A DNA stretch of 64,000 nt from Patescibacteria group bacterium (GTDB lineage: Bacteria; Patescibacteriota; Minisyncoccia; Phycocordibacterales; PALSA-1337). Under the pieces are notes generated by a model. The model was not told the DNA's origin. It searched no databases and saw only the letters and a list, made by a program, of their open reading frames with translations. The DNA lies in the NCBI GenBank assembly GCA_024654575.1, contig JANLHG010000014.1:24745-88744 (forward strand), written 5' to 3'. This document shows positions 20,240 through 30,680 of this stretch, one piece after another; position 1 is the first letter of the stretch, and every line of letters starts with the position of its first letter. Both the position numbers and the translations under genes were made by a program.

Positions 20240-20752
20240 TTACACATTAAACCCGATTGACTTTGAAGACTTTGATGGTGTTGCAAGTAATTGTTTAATT
20301 GCATCAAAGACGATACGGAATTGTTGGTCATATTTTTTCTCTAATTTTTCAATCTGTTCTCGAAGTTCTTTGTTTGAAGCGATAAGTTCTCGTATTTTGG
20401 TAAAAGTTCTAATAATTTGAATGTTTACTTGAATTGCGCGTTCGCTGTTTAAAACACTAGAAAGCATAGCGATTCCTTGCTCTGTAAAAGCATAAGGTAA
20501 TTTTCTTAATCCCATTTTATCTGAATTGGAAGTCACAAAATGTGACTTCCAATTCTTAAATTCTTTTAACGACAATTGAAACATAAAGTCAGTTGGAAAT
20601 CTCGCAATGTTTCTTTTTACCGCTTGATTAAGTTTTTTGGTTTCAACTCCGTAAAGTTTAGATAAATCTCTATCAAGCATTACTTTTTTGCCTTTTATAA
20701 AAAAGATTTTATTTTCTATTCTATCTTGAGGTAGTAATACTAGAGATTTCAT
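20240..20752 (-). CDS. ORF6N domain DNA-binding protein
   Basis: KVMLDRDL..LYGVETK.LNQAVKRN..RFP.DFMFQL; PYAFTEQG. Confidence 0.9.
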   Translation of the reverse strand: MKSLVLLPQDRIENKIFFIKGKKVMLDRDLSKLYGVETKKLNQAVKRNIARFPTDFMFQLSLKEFKNWKSHFVTSNSDKMGLRKLPYAFTEQGIAMLSSVLNSERAIQVNIQIIRTFTKIRELIASNKELREQIEKLEKKYDQQFRIVFDAIKQLLATPSKSSKSIGFNV

Positions 20753-20754
20753 AA

Positions 20755-22317
20755 CTAATTATTAATCTGCTTTGGTCGATATTGTAATGCCTCAGCAATG
20801 TGAGATATTTCAACGTGTTCTTTTTTTGCTAAATCAGCTATGGTGCGAGCTAATTTTATAACACGATGATACGCACGGGCGGAAAGTCCTAATTTTGTCG
20901 CTGAAGCATTCAGTATATCTTTTACATTTTCTGATAAAGGTACCAGTTTTTCCAATTCTCGAGCATTCATCTGACTATTATTAGTAATTTTTCTTTTTAT
21001 ATTTTTGAAACGATTTTCTTGAATTTGCCTAGCTTTTAGAACACGTTCTTTTATTAAATTAGTTTTTTCTCCAACATTTTTAATATCTGATAGTTTTTTG
21101 TGGTCAATTGATCCAACTTCAATCCATAAATCAATACGGTCAATAATTGGGCCAGATATTTTTCGTTGATATCGTGTAAGATTAGATGGTGTACAGGTGC
21201 ATTCCTTATCTTTTACTCCATGATTACCGCAAGGGCAAGGATTCATAGTTGCGATTAAAATAAAATCAGCGGGAAAATGAGCTGAACCTTTAACTCGCGA
21301 AATACTTATGGTTTTATCTTCTAAAGGTTGTCTTAGAGCTTCAATAACTCTTCTGTCAAACTCTGGGAATTCGTCTAAAAAAAGTACTCCTCTGTGGGCT
21401 AAGGTTATTTCTCCTGGTCTTGGTACTGTTCCACCTCCAACTAAAGCGGTATATGAAGCTGTATGATGCGGGGACCGTAGAGGAGGTTCAATAACTAAAT
21501 CATCTACCAATACTCCCGCCACTGAATGTATAGCGGTAGTTTCTAGTATTTCATCAAAACTAAGTGGAGGAAGAATATGACAAAACGCTTTAGCAAGCAT
21601 AGTTTTTCCTGTACCTGGTGGACCATACATCGCTATATTGTGTCCTCCAGCAGCAGCAATTTCTAATCCCCTTTTAGCTGTTTCTTGTCCTTTAATATCG
21701 GAAAAATCAATATTTAATTCTCTATCTTTGTAGTGTATTTGTGTTCGAGGTTGTATTTGTAAAGATATTTTTTGACGAATACTATTATCCTCCATCCTTT
21801 TTTCATTTAAATGATGAATAACATCTATTAAAGTACTAGCTCCGTAGATGGTGATATTTTCAATTAAGGCTGCTTCGCTGGTATTTTCTTTTGGTAAAAA
21901 TATTTCGGTAAATCCACGTTTTTTAGCTTCTTCTACTAACGGAAGAACTCCATCTATGCGACGCAATTCCCCATTAAGTGATAATTCACCTAAAAATATT
22001 TTCTTTTCAGGATTAAATCTTATTTCATTAGAAGCTAATAAGTAGGCTATGGCAATTCCTAGATCAAAACTTGCTCCTTCTTTTTTGATATCAGCTGGAG
22101 CTAGTGATACTACAACTTTTTGATTTTTACTTTTAGGTGAAGCATATCCAGAGTTTTTCACTGCAGCTGATATTCTATCTCTAGCTTCTTCAACACCTTT
22201 ATCGGGAAGTCCTACTATGGAAAAAGCATGAAGTCCTTTAGATAAATCTACTTCAATGGAAACGATATATGCCTTGAGGAGTGTTGTTTGTGCAGTGTAT
22301 ACTTTTGCGAAGCTCAT
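20755..22317 (-). CDS. comM: ComM/YifB Mg-chelatase-like AAA+ ATPase
   Basis: IVGLPD, GPPGTGKT, PHHTAS, LFLDEFPEF, NPCPCG. Confidence 0.93.
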   Translation of the reverse strand: MSFAKVYTAQTTLLKAYIVSIEVDLSKGLHAFSIVGLPDKGVEEARDRISAAVKNSGYASPKSKNQKVVVSLAPADIKKEGASFDLGIAIAYLLASNEIRFNPEKKIFLGELSLNGELRRIDGVLPLVEEAKKRGFTEIFLPKENTSEAALIENITIYGASTLIDVIHHLNEKRMEDNSIRQKISLQIQPRTQIHYKDRELNIDFSDIKGQETAKRGLEIAAAGGHNIAMYGPPGTGKTMLAKAFCHILPPLSFDEILETTAIHSVAGVLVDDLVIEPPLRSPHHTASYTALVGGGTVPRPGEITLAHRGVLFLDEFPEFDRRVIEALRQPLEDKTISISRVKGSAHFPADFILIATMNPCPCGNHGVKDKECTCTPSNLTRYQRKISGPIIDRIDLWIEVGSIDHKKLSDIKNVGEKTNLIKERVLKARQIQENRFKNIKRKITNNSQMNARELEKLVPLSENVKDILNASATKLGLSARAYHRVIKLARTIADLAKKEHVEISHIAEALQYRPKQINN

Positions 22318-22320
22318 TTT

Positions 22321-22686
22321 TTAGTGTTTCATATCAGCTATACAAGTAACTGCTGCTGGGTTGGCATCTAAACGCTCAATTTCTATCTGTTTTCCGCACT
22401 TTTCGCATATTCCATACTTATTGTCAGTAATTTTTTGTAAAGCTACCTTTATTTCGTTGAAACGTATCTCAAGTTCTTTCAAAATAGCACTATTGTCTTC
22501 GTAGGCCTCAATATTGTCAGCTGTTATATTTTCATCAGCATCATCTTCTTTATCTTTTGGTGGATTCGCTTCCCAATCGGCAGGATTAGAAGGATTTATA
22601 TGTCCAACACTCTTTAATTCGTCTGTAACGATTTTTAATTCATTTTCGAGTAACTTTTTGTATTTATTAGTGTCTATTTCTATCAT
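22321..22686 (-). CDS. TraR/DksA C4-type zinc finger protein
   Basis: YGICEKCG..I..ERL.ANPAAVTC. Confidence 0.85.
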   Translation of the reverse strand: MIEIDTNKYKKLLENELKIVTDELKSVGHINPSNPADWEANPPKDKEDDADENITADNIEAYEDNSAILKELEIRFNEIKVALQKITDNKYGICEKCGKQIEIERLDANPAAVTCIADMKH

Positions 22687-22728
22687 AAGAACAATCATAA
22701 CAGATGATAATCCAAATGCAAATGTGGT

Positions 22729-23598
22729 TTATTGTACAAATTTTTTATTTGTAATTCTATTCAATATTTCTTTGAGAGTGAACTCATTAGTGGTTATCAA
22801 GAGAGTTTCTTTATCAAGAAAGGTATAAAGAAGGGTGATACGGTCATATTGGTTGGTAAGGGCACGTACATCTTTATTCTTAATAACTAAGTCTATAAAA
22901 GGTTTACTTGTTGCTAGGATGTCTGGGGTTGGTTGAGCTGTGGTGGAAAATATTACGCTCAGATCGTTTGCTAATGTAGCTTCCCACTTCAACATTCCAG
23001 CAAAAGCACTTTGATATAGATTAGTTTTAAAAATAATAAAAGGATTATTTCCATTAAAACTATGTATACCAAACATAAAATCTGGCTCAAGAGTTCGTAC
23101 ATACTGGTCTGGAGCGTCTGTTTGTAAGAGTGATAAGAATTCTTGTGCTGATATTAATTTTTTTGCATCTCCTTCTCCTTTAGTTATATAAAGATTGGCG
23201 ATTGAATTCTCAGGAATTGAGAGATTGTTCGTTTCAGAGTTTATTGTTTCAATAGTCACTTCTTTGTCAATATCTGAAACTATTATATTTGGTACTACAG
23301 TTTTATTTATTACGATAACTTTTGATTTTGGAACGTAATAAAATTCATAAATTGCGTATAGTCCACTCACTACAAGTATTAAACTTATGAAAAACAAAGA
23401 TATATTTTTTAATAAAGGAGAGGGTGGAATTGGTGATGTTAAATCATTTTTTTCTTTTTTAATTTTTTCTGCTATAGCTATTTTTGTCACGGATACATTT
23501 TTACTTTTAATAGTATCAGCAACATCGCTTTCATATGTGCGAAGAGGTCTCTGGAAAGGATAACTTACATTTTTTTCTTCTATTTTTTGTTCATCCAT
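22729..23598 (-). CDS. Hypothetical membrane-anchored protein
   Basis: LRTYESDVA, one TM, AFAGMLKWE. Confidence 0.6.
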   Translation of the reverse strand: MDEQKIEEKNVSYPFQRPLRTYESDVADTIKSKNVSVTKIAIAEKIKKEKNDLTSPIPPSPLLKNISLFFISLILVVSGLYAIYEFYYVPKSKVIVINKTVVPNIIVSDIDKEVTIETINSETNNLSIPENSIANLYITKGEGDAKKLISAQEFLSLLQTDAPDQYVRTLEPDFMFGIHSFNGNNPFIIFKTNLYQSAFAGMLKWEATLANDLSVIFSTTAQPTPDILATSKPFIDLVIKNKDVRALTNQYDRITLLYTFLDKETLLITTNEFTLKEILNRITNKKFVQ

Positions 23599-25438
23599 AT
23601 GATTTATATTTTTGAAGCAATTTTGCGATCTCTTCTAATGCTCGTTTAGCATTACCGTTTTTACCAGTAATAAGCATTGTACCGTCTTTTTCAATATCTA
23701 TTGATTCTGCTCCACTTTTTTCTTTAATTCCGTTTATAACTTTTCCTCCAGGACCTATAATAAAACCTATCTGCTCAACTTTTATCTTTACATTTATAAT
23801 TTCTGGAGCTTTTGGAGAAATTGTTTTTCGTACCTCAGGAATTTCCTTCAAAATAACATCAATAATTTTTTGTCTGGCAATTTTAGCTTTTTCGAGTGCT
23901 TCTGGAAAAATATGTAAAGGAATTCCATCTACTTTTACATCCATTTGGATAGCGGTAATACCATCTTTTGTTCCAGCAACTTTAAAATCCATATCTCCAT
24001 AATGATCTTCTGGTCCTTGAATATCTGTAAGTATTTTATATTCTTTCTCATTTCTCATCATAAGTCCAGAAGCAATACCTGCTACTGCTTTTTTAATCGG
24101 TACTCCCCCGTCCATTAGGGCTAAAGTTGAAGCACAGACGGAACCCATTGATGTTGAACCATTTGATGAAAGTGCCTCTGATACTATGCGTATAGTATAA
24201 GGGAATTTATCTTTGTCGGGTAATATTGGCTCAAGAGCTTTTTCTGCAAGAGCTCCGTGACCAATCATTCGTCTGTTTGTCCCGCCCGTTTTTCCAGTTT
24301 CTCCTGTAGAAAATGGTGGAAAATTATAATGATGCATAAATCTTTTTTTATGTTGTCCTTCTATTCCTTCAATAATTTGTGAATCTTCTGGACCTCCAAG
24401 TGTTAATGCTGAAAGGATATGAGTCTGACCACGATAAAATATCCCTGAACCATGAAGTATTGGTGAAATACCACCTGCTTGAGCGTAAAGAGGTCTTATT
24501 TCGTCTATTCCTCTTCCATCTACACGTTTGTTTTCGTTAATTGCTAGATTGTGAACGATTTTATCCACATTTTCATCAAAGTAATTTTCAGTTAAATATT
24601 TATTTTCATCTGGTAATTTATCTTTCACTAATTTAAGCCATTGATCTTTAAGTAAATCGATATTTTCAAGATTTATCTGAATGTTTTCTTTGAAAAGATT
24701 GATAATTTCTTGAGATATCTCTGGTTTTGTTATTTTAATTTTTTCTTTTCCAATTTCTAAAATAATCTTTTTTTGAAAATCTTGTATTTTTTCAAGTTCT
24801 TCCGAAGCGAATATTAAAGCTTCATTTATTATATTTTCTTGAGTTTCATTTCCACCAAGTTCTATCATGTTTATTTTTTTATCTTTTCCGCATGCTATCA
24901 ATTCAAATTCGGAGTTTAAATTTTCTCTGTACGAAAATGTTGGATTAATTATTAAATCATTAATTTCTTTTAATTTACCTATACGAATAGCACTGACAGG
25001 TCCATTCCAAGGAATATCTGAAGTACCAAGAGCTAATGAAACTCCTATTACAGACAAGATGTCTGGGTCGTCTTCATCAAGTGATAAAACTGTGATTATA
25101 GCTTGTACCTCATTTCTTATCCACTGATCAAAAAGTGGTCTTATTGTACGATCAACAATTCGGCCAGATAATATAGCGAGGTCGGAAGGTTTCCCTTCTC
25201 TTCGAACAAACCTACTGCCTAAAATTTGCCCTGATGCATAAAATTTTTCCTCATAATCAACAGTTAAGGGAAAGAAATCTCCTCCTTCTCTAGTTTCTTT
25301 TGATATAACAACCGTGGCGAGTATGACGGTATTCCCATATGTTACTAAGACAGAGCCATTTGCTTGTTCCGCTAAATCATTAAATTCTGCTGTTAATACT
25401 TTTCCCCCAATTTCAATAGAAAAGACTTTCTTTTTCAT
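23591..25438 (-). CDS. pnp: Polyribonucleotide nucleotidyltransferase (ends after KH; no S1)
   Basis: FFPLTVDYEE, HHYNFPPFS, SNGSTSM, GDMDFKVAGT, IIGPGGK. Confidence 0.96.
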   Translation of the reverse strand: MKKKVFSIEIGGKVLTAEFNDLAEQANGSVLVTYGNTVILATVVISKETREGGDFFPLTVDYEEKFYASGQILGSRFVRREGKPSDLAILSGRIVDRTIRPLFDQWIRNEVQAIITVLSLDEDDPDILSVIGVSLALGTSDIPWNGPVSAIRIGKLKEINDLIINPTFSYRENLNSEFELIACGKDKKINMIELGGNETQENIINEALIFASEELEKIQDFQKKIILEIGKEKIKITKPEISQEIINLFKENIQINLENIDLLKDQWLKLVKDKLPDENKYLTENYFDENVDKIVHNLAINENKRVDGRGIDEIRPLYAQAGGISPILHGSGIFYRGQTHILSALTLGGPEDSQIIEGIEGQHKKRFMHHYNFPPFSTGETGKTGGTNRRMIGHGALAEKALEPILPDKDKFPYTIRIVSEALSSNGSTSMGSVCASTLALMDGGVPIKKAVAGIASGLMMRNEKEYKILTDIQGPEDHYGDMDFKVAGTKDGITAIQMDVKVDGIPLHIFPEALEKAKIARQKIIDVILKEIPEVRKTISPKAPEIINVKIKVEQIGFIIGPGGKVINGIKEKSGAESIDIEKDGTMLITGKNGNAKRALEEIAKLLQKYKSYG

Positions 25439-25471
25439 AATGCTATAAGTGTAGCATAAAAAAATAAGAAA

Positions 25472-26017
25472 TTATTCCACTATTTTTACTTTTCGTTCTC
25501 TTTGTTGAGTACCACCCAGTAGATATTTTCTAGGATTATTATCAAGGTCAATGAAATCGTCGGCTGCTTCTATGAGTTTTGATGAAGTTGATTTACCAAA
25601 AGAAATAACTTCCACCTGACAACCTTCGTTTATTTTTAAATATTCTACAAGAGGTATAAAATCGCCGTCACCCGTAATTAAAATCACCGTATCAAGCTTT
25701 GGAGCTAATTTTATGGCATCAACTGCTAGTCCTACATCCCAATCAGCTTTTTTTGAGCCACTAGAGAAAATTTGTAAGTTTTTTGTTTTTGTTTCAATAC
25801 CCATCTTAAGAAGAGCTTCAAAAAATGCTTTTTCATCCCCTGCTTCAGTGGTAATTACATAAGCTACTGCACGAATTAACGCTCTTCCAGCTACAGCATC
25901 TTTAACTATTTGACCAAAATTTACTCGAGCGTTATATAAATTTCTTGCACAATGATAAAGGTTTTGAGTGTCTATAAAAATTCCTACTCTCTGCTCCTTA
26001 TGTTTAATGACTGACAT
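25472..26017 (-). CDS. NYN (LabA/DUF88) PIN-like domain protein
   Basis: IFIDTQN, KADWDVGLAVD, TGDGDF. Confidence 0.9.
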   Translation of the reverse strand: MSVIKHKEQRVGIFIDTQNLYHCARNLYNARVNFGQIVKDAVAGRALIRAVAYVITTEAGDEKAFFEALLKMGIETKTKNLQIFSSGSKKADWDVGLAVDAIKLAPKLDTVILITGDGDFIPLVEYLKINEGCQVEVISFGKSTSSKLIEAADDFIDLDNNPRKYLLGGTQQRERKVKIVE

Positions 26018-26020
26018 TTA

Positions 26021-26290
26021 TTATTTTTGTTTAAGTTCAAGTTTTTTAGTAATAGCCATGTATCTTTTTGGATTTTTCTTTTTTAAATATTTTAAATGAG
26101 TTTGTCGGTTAGCAACCATAGACAATAATCCACGTCTAGAATGATTATCTTTTGCGTGTTTTTTAAGATGTTTTGAAAGTTCGTCGATTTGTTTTGTAAG
26201 TATAGAAATCTGCACTTCTGGAGAGCCAGTATCTTTGGGATGAATGGCTACTTCCTTCATAACTCTCTGTTTTTTTAATTTTGTTAACAT
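26021..26290 (-). CDS. rpsO: 30S ribosomal protein S15
   Basis: DTGSPEVQI, KDNHSRRGLL. Confidence 0.97.
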   Translation of the reverse strand: MLTKLKKQRVMKEVAIHPKDTGSPEVQISILTKQIDELSKHLKKHAKDNHSRRGLLSMVANRQTHLKYLKKKNPKRYMAITKKLELKQK

Positions 26291-26351
26291 TGCCTAATTA
26301 CATTAGCACGAAAGGTTAATAAATGCAAATTGCTTGTGATATAATAATCTT

Positions 26352-27242
26352 ATGTCGCACAATATCTTAGACTTAAAAATGCAGTTTTTGGAATACGTAG
26401 AAATTGAAAAAGGTCGTAGTTTGAACACTATACGCAATTATGATCATTATTTAACTCGTTTTATAGAATATTCTAAAATATCTCAACCAAAACAAATCAA
26501 TGAAAATCTCATTAGAGACTACAGATTATGGTTAAATAGGCAGAAAGGAGAAGAAAGTTTTTTGAAGAAAAAAACTCAAAATTATTATCTAATCGCTCTT
26601 CGTTCTTTTTTAAAGTATTTAACTAGACGCGGTATAGTATCTCTTTCTTCTGAGTATATTGAGTTAGCAAAAGTCCCGGAACGATCGCTTGACCTTATAT
26701 CTATGGATGAATTATCTAGACTGATGAAAGCAACAGATGGCGATGACTTAAAAAGCTTGCGAGATAAGGCCATATTGGAATTATTATTTTCTACAGGATT
26801 ACGAGTATCGGAATTATGTTCTTTACCTAGAGAATTAAACTTAAAATCAGATGAAATATCTATTCGTGGTAAGGGGGAAAAAGTTAGGGTAGTTTTTTTA
26901 TCAGATGATGCTAAGCAATCTGTTAAAAAATATCTTGATAAAAGAAAAGATATGGATGACGCTCTTTTTGTTCAAATGAGAACAGCTTCTAGGCTTACTT
27001 CTCGTTCAATTGAGAGAATTATAAAATATTACGCAATTAAGGCTGGAATTTCAAAAAAAGTTACACCCCACATTATTCGTCACAGTTTTGCTACTGACTT
27101 ACTTAGAAATGGTGCTGATTTACGTTCAGTTCAAATGCTTTTAGGTCATGCTAATATAGGGACAACTCAAATTTACACCCATATTACCGATAAAGAATTA
27201 CGAAATGTGCATAAGAAATTTCACAATAAGTCTTCTACTTGA
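26352..27242 (+). CDS. xerC: Xer-family tyrosine recombinase
   Basis: TGLRVSEL, GKGEK, TPHIIRHSFATDLL, LGHANIGTTQIYTH; XerC vs XerD not resolved. Confidence 0.88.
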   Translation: MSHNILDLKMQFLEYVEIEKGRSLNTIRNYDHYLTRFIEYSKISQPKQINENLIRDYRLWLNRQKGEESFLKKKTQNYYLIALRSFLKYLTRRGIVSLSSEYIELAKVPERSLDLISMDELSRLMKATDGDDLKSLRDKAILELLFSTGLRVSELCSLPRELNLKSDEISIRGKGEKVRVVFLSDDAKQSVKKYLDKRKDMDDALFVQMRTASRLTSRSIERIIKYYAIKAGISKKVTPHIIRHSFATDLLRNGADLRSVQMLLGHANIGTTQIYTHITDKELRNVHKKFHNKSST

Positions 27243-27787
27243 CCCACGAGACCTGTTGCCTCTCCTTGAAAACCAGTAACATTACCAATTAAACCACTGA
27301 CATCTCCTTCTATATTGGTTACAGTTCCATTGATATTACTTATATCTCCCTTTAAGTCGGTCACATTTCCTTCAATATTCTCAACATTTCCCTTTATATT
27401 ACTTATATTTCCCATAAGATCACTAACATCTCCACTAATATTAGAAACATCTCCCCTTATATCGGTTACACTTCCAGTTATATTACTAACATTCCCTACT
27501 ATTCCAGATAAGTCACCTGTAATTTTAGTTATATCGCCTTTTATATTAGTTAAATCTCCACGAATATGAGTTACATCTCCACTAGTATTAGAAACATCTC
27601 CTAATATCCCAGATATATCACCTTTAATTTTACTCGTATCTCCAGTAATTTTGTGCATACTGACATCTCCATAAATATTAGTCACATTTCCTCTTAAATA
27701 TTTAAAATCACCCCAAATGTTGTTATGAAGCCCAGTTACATACTCAGTATTCTTTTTTGTGTGTTCACGAATGTATGAAATAGTCAT
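27221..27787 (-). CDS. Heptad-repeat protein, G-[DN]-[VI]-[ST]-x-[IL]-x about 23 times
   Basis: Regular 7-aa period over about 165 of 188 aa; DNA repeats degenerate. Confidence 0.75.
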   Translation of the reverse strand: MTISYIREHTKKNTEYVTGLHNNIWGDFKYLRGNVTNIYGDVSMHKITGDTSKIKGDISGILGDVSNTSGDVTHIRGDLTNIKGDITKITGDLSGIVGNVSNITGSVTDIRGDVSNISGDVSDLMGNISNIKGNVENIEGNVTDLKGDISNINGTVTNIEGDVSGLIGNVTGFQGEATGLVGQVEDLL

Positions 27788-27802
27788 GATATGATTATAT
27801 CA

Positions 27803-28601
<799 letters not shown>

Positions 28602-28602
28602 G

Positions 28603-28611
28603 TTATCCACA
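28603..28611 (+). promoter_or_regulatory. DnaA box
   Basis: Perfect TTATCCACA immediately after xth. Confidence 0.5.
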
Positions 28612-28834
28612 GAATGTCCTTTACATGTCTTTTATGACGAGTATAATAAAGGACAGATTAGTGAGATTTTGTAACCGAGGCAAAAATCACACAGTGTTCT
28701 TTGAGATCTTGTAGTTCTCTCTTAGGAAAACCATTGTATTTTTTGAGTTTGGGAAACATTTTTCTTCACTATTTTATTTTTTTGAGATATATTGTTTTCT
28801 CTTCCTCTAATCATCAAAAGGTTATTCCTCTATA

Positions 28835-28876
28835 AAACCGCTTATTTGCACACTTAACCTCGCAAATCGGCGGTTT
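28835..28876. terminator. Imperfect hairpin after cca stop
   Basis: AAACCGCTTATTTGC...GCAAATCGGCGGTTT. Confidence 0.5.
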
Positions 28877-30374
28877 ATTTTACCCAATACTTTTTTCTTA
28901 TTTCTTCAACTTTTTCAGTTTCAGCTTCATCTTTCTTATCTTTTCCTTTTTTCCCTAATTTTTTTAGTTCTATATCTGGTAGTTTCATAAGTTCCTTAGC
29001 CCTTTTTTCTAAATATTCTATTGTATTAAGAGATGAATTTTCTAATATTTCTTCAAGTAAAGCGTTTAGAATGTAACCCACTTTAGGTCCAGGAGTTACA
29101 TGTGTAACGTCCATGGTAGTCTTTCCGTCTATTTTTAACATTCCCACAGATATAGGGTCTGTTAAAGCTTCCTCAATCATAGATTTGTATTTTCTGAGAC
29201 GATAAGGGTCTTCTTTAGGTCTTCCTGTACCAATTCTGTCGCAGATCCGTAAGTTCATAAGGTCCCAGATGTTTTCACGCGAAACATTAACTATCATTCT
29301 TCTTACAGCAGATAAGGTAATTTGTTCAGTATCACTAAAAAACATATGCCAACGTACTAATTTCGTTACTTTTTCAATAGTTTTTTTAGGAAATGATAGT
29401 CTAGATAGTATTATTTTTGTTACACGTGAACTAACTACATCATGACCGTAAAATGTCCACTCCTTCTTATCTTCTGCCCATCTTCTTGTTTCTGGTTTTG
29501 AAATATCGTGTAACAAAGCTGCTAAACGTATTTCAAGAGGCCATTTTTTATCTGCAGAATGTTGAAGAGAACGAAGTAAATGTTCCCAAACATCATAAGA
29601 ATGAGCTTGATTTTGTTCAACCCCTATAGTTTTTTCTAATTCTGGAATAATATATCTTAAAATACCTAATTTTTGGGCTGTCTGCACTGTTTCCATTGGT
29701 CTATCGGACATAATGATGCGAATGAATTCATCTCGTATTCTTTCCTTTGCGATATTTTCTAAAAGACAAATATTGTCCTTTATAGCTTTTTGAGTATCTA
29801 GTTCTATTGAGAATTCTAACTCAGCATGTAGTCTTAATGCTCTTAGCATACGAAGAGCATCTTCATTAAAACGATCATTTGGCTTCCCTACTGTTTTAAT
29901 AATTTTATTTTTTATATCAGACTGCCCATCAAATAGATCAATGATTTCATATTCATCATTTTTTATTTGCCTTAATGCTATAGCATTAATTGTAAAATCT
30001 CTTCGTTTTAAGTCATTTTCAAGATTATCACTGAAGCTAACTGAGTCTGGACGTCTAAAATCAGAATAAACACCCTCAAGTCTGTATGGTGTAACTTCAA
30101 TAATTTTTAAAGTTTCATTTTCAGTACTTTCATTAACAACACCAACTGTTCCATAGGTATTTTCATAGAATGTTTTTGGGAACAATTTAATTATTTCCTC
30201 TGGTTTTGCGTTTGTTGTAATATCCCAATCTTTAGGATTTCTATTTAAAAGTAAATCTCTAGTACAACCACCAATTATATAAGCTTCAAAACCAGCTTTT
30301 TCAAGTGTTGAGGTCACATTACTCACTTCTTCAGGAATTTTAAAGCCAAATGTCTTTTTTGAGCCTTTAATCAT
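28875..30374 (-). CDS. cca: CCA tRNA nucleotidyltransferase with HD domain
   Basis: GGCTRD, KDWDITT, RRDFTINA, EDALRMLR, ERIRDE, LLHDISK. Confidence 0.93.
   Translation of the reverse strand: MIKGSKKTFGFKIPEEVSNVTSTLEKAGFEAYIIGGCTRDLLLNRNPKDWDITTNAKPEEIIKLFPKTFYENTYGTVGVVNESTENETLKIIEVTPYRLEGVYSDFRRPDSVSFSDNLENDLKRRDFTINAIALRQIKNDEYEIIDLFDGQSDIKNKIIKTVGKPNDRFNEDALRMLRALRLHAELEFSIELDTQKAIKDNICLLENIAKERIRDEFIRIIMSDRPMETVQTAQKLGILRYIIPELEKTIGVEQNQAHSYDVWEHLLRSLQHSADKKWPLEIRLAALLHDISKPETRRWAEDKKEWTFYGHDVVSSRVTKIILSRLSFPKKTIEKVTKLVRWHMFFSDTEQITLSAVRRMIVNVSRENIWDLMNLRICDRIGTGRPKEDPYRLRKYKSMIEEALTDPISVGMLKIDGKTTMDVTHVTPGPKVGYILNALLEEILENSSLNTIEYLEKRAKELMKLPDIELKKLGKKGKDKKDEAETEKVEEIRKKYWVK
29418..29433. 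promoter_or_regulatory. parS-like site within cca
   Basis: TGTTACACGTGAACTA vs consensus TGTTNCACGTGAAACA. Confidence 0.55.
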
Positions 30375-30437
30375 ATAATAATTGTATTACACCTTTTGAT
30401 TTTTGACTAATATAAGTTATGATATTAAGGACGCAAT

Positions 30438-30509
30438 GCACCCATAGTGAAATGGATATCATACCGGTCTTCGGAACCGTTGTTCCAGGTTCGAATCCTG
30501 GTGGGTGCA
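30438..30509 (+). tRNA. tRNA-Arg(UCG)
   Basis: GCACCCA acceptor; anticodon loop CT-TCG-GA; GGTTCGAATCC. Confidence 0.93.
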
Positions 30510-30511
30510 CT

Positions 30512-30582
30512 GCGGGTATGGTTTAGTGGTAGAACACGTCCTTGCCAAGGATGAGACGGGAGTTCGATTCTCCCTACCCGCA
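30512..30582 (+). tRNA. tRNA-Gly(GCC)
   Basis: GCGGGTA acceptor; loop TT-GCC-AA; GTTCGATTC. Confidence 0.94.
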
Positions 30583-30592
30583 CAGACAAAAA

Positions 30593-30632
30593 TGTCCACA
30601 AAAGTGGATAACTATGTGGACAGTGTGTATAA
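30593..30632. promoter_or_regulatory. Cluster of DnaA-box-like sites
   Basis: TGTCCACA, GTGGATAA, TGTGGACA and TGTGTATAA within 40 bp. Confidence 0.55.
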
Positions 30633-30680
30633 AGGACATAAAAATAGAGTTTTTGTCTTATAAAATGTCTTATTGATAAT

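Noticed and set aside
26352-27242. Prophage integrase
   Set aside because: Looks like housekeeping Xer amid core genes; no att sites or phage genes nearby
27221-27787. CRISPR array or DNA tandem repeat
   Set aside because: The 21-nt periodicity is degenerate and explained by protein heptads; no identical repeats with unique spacers and no cas genes
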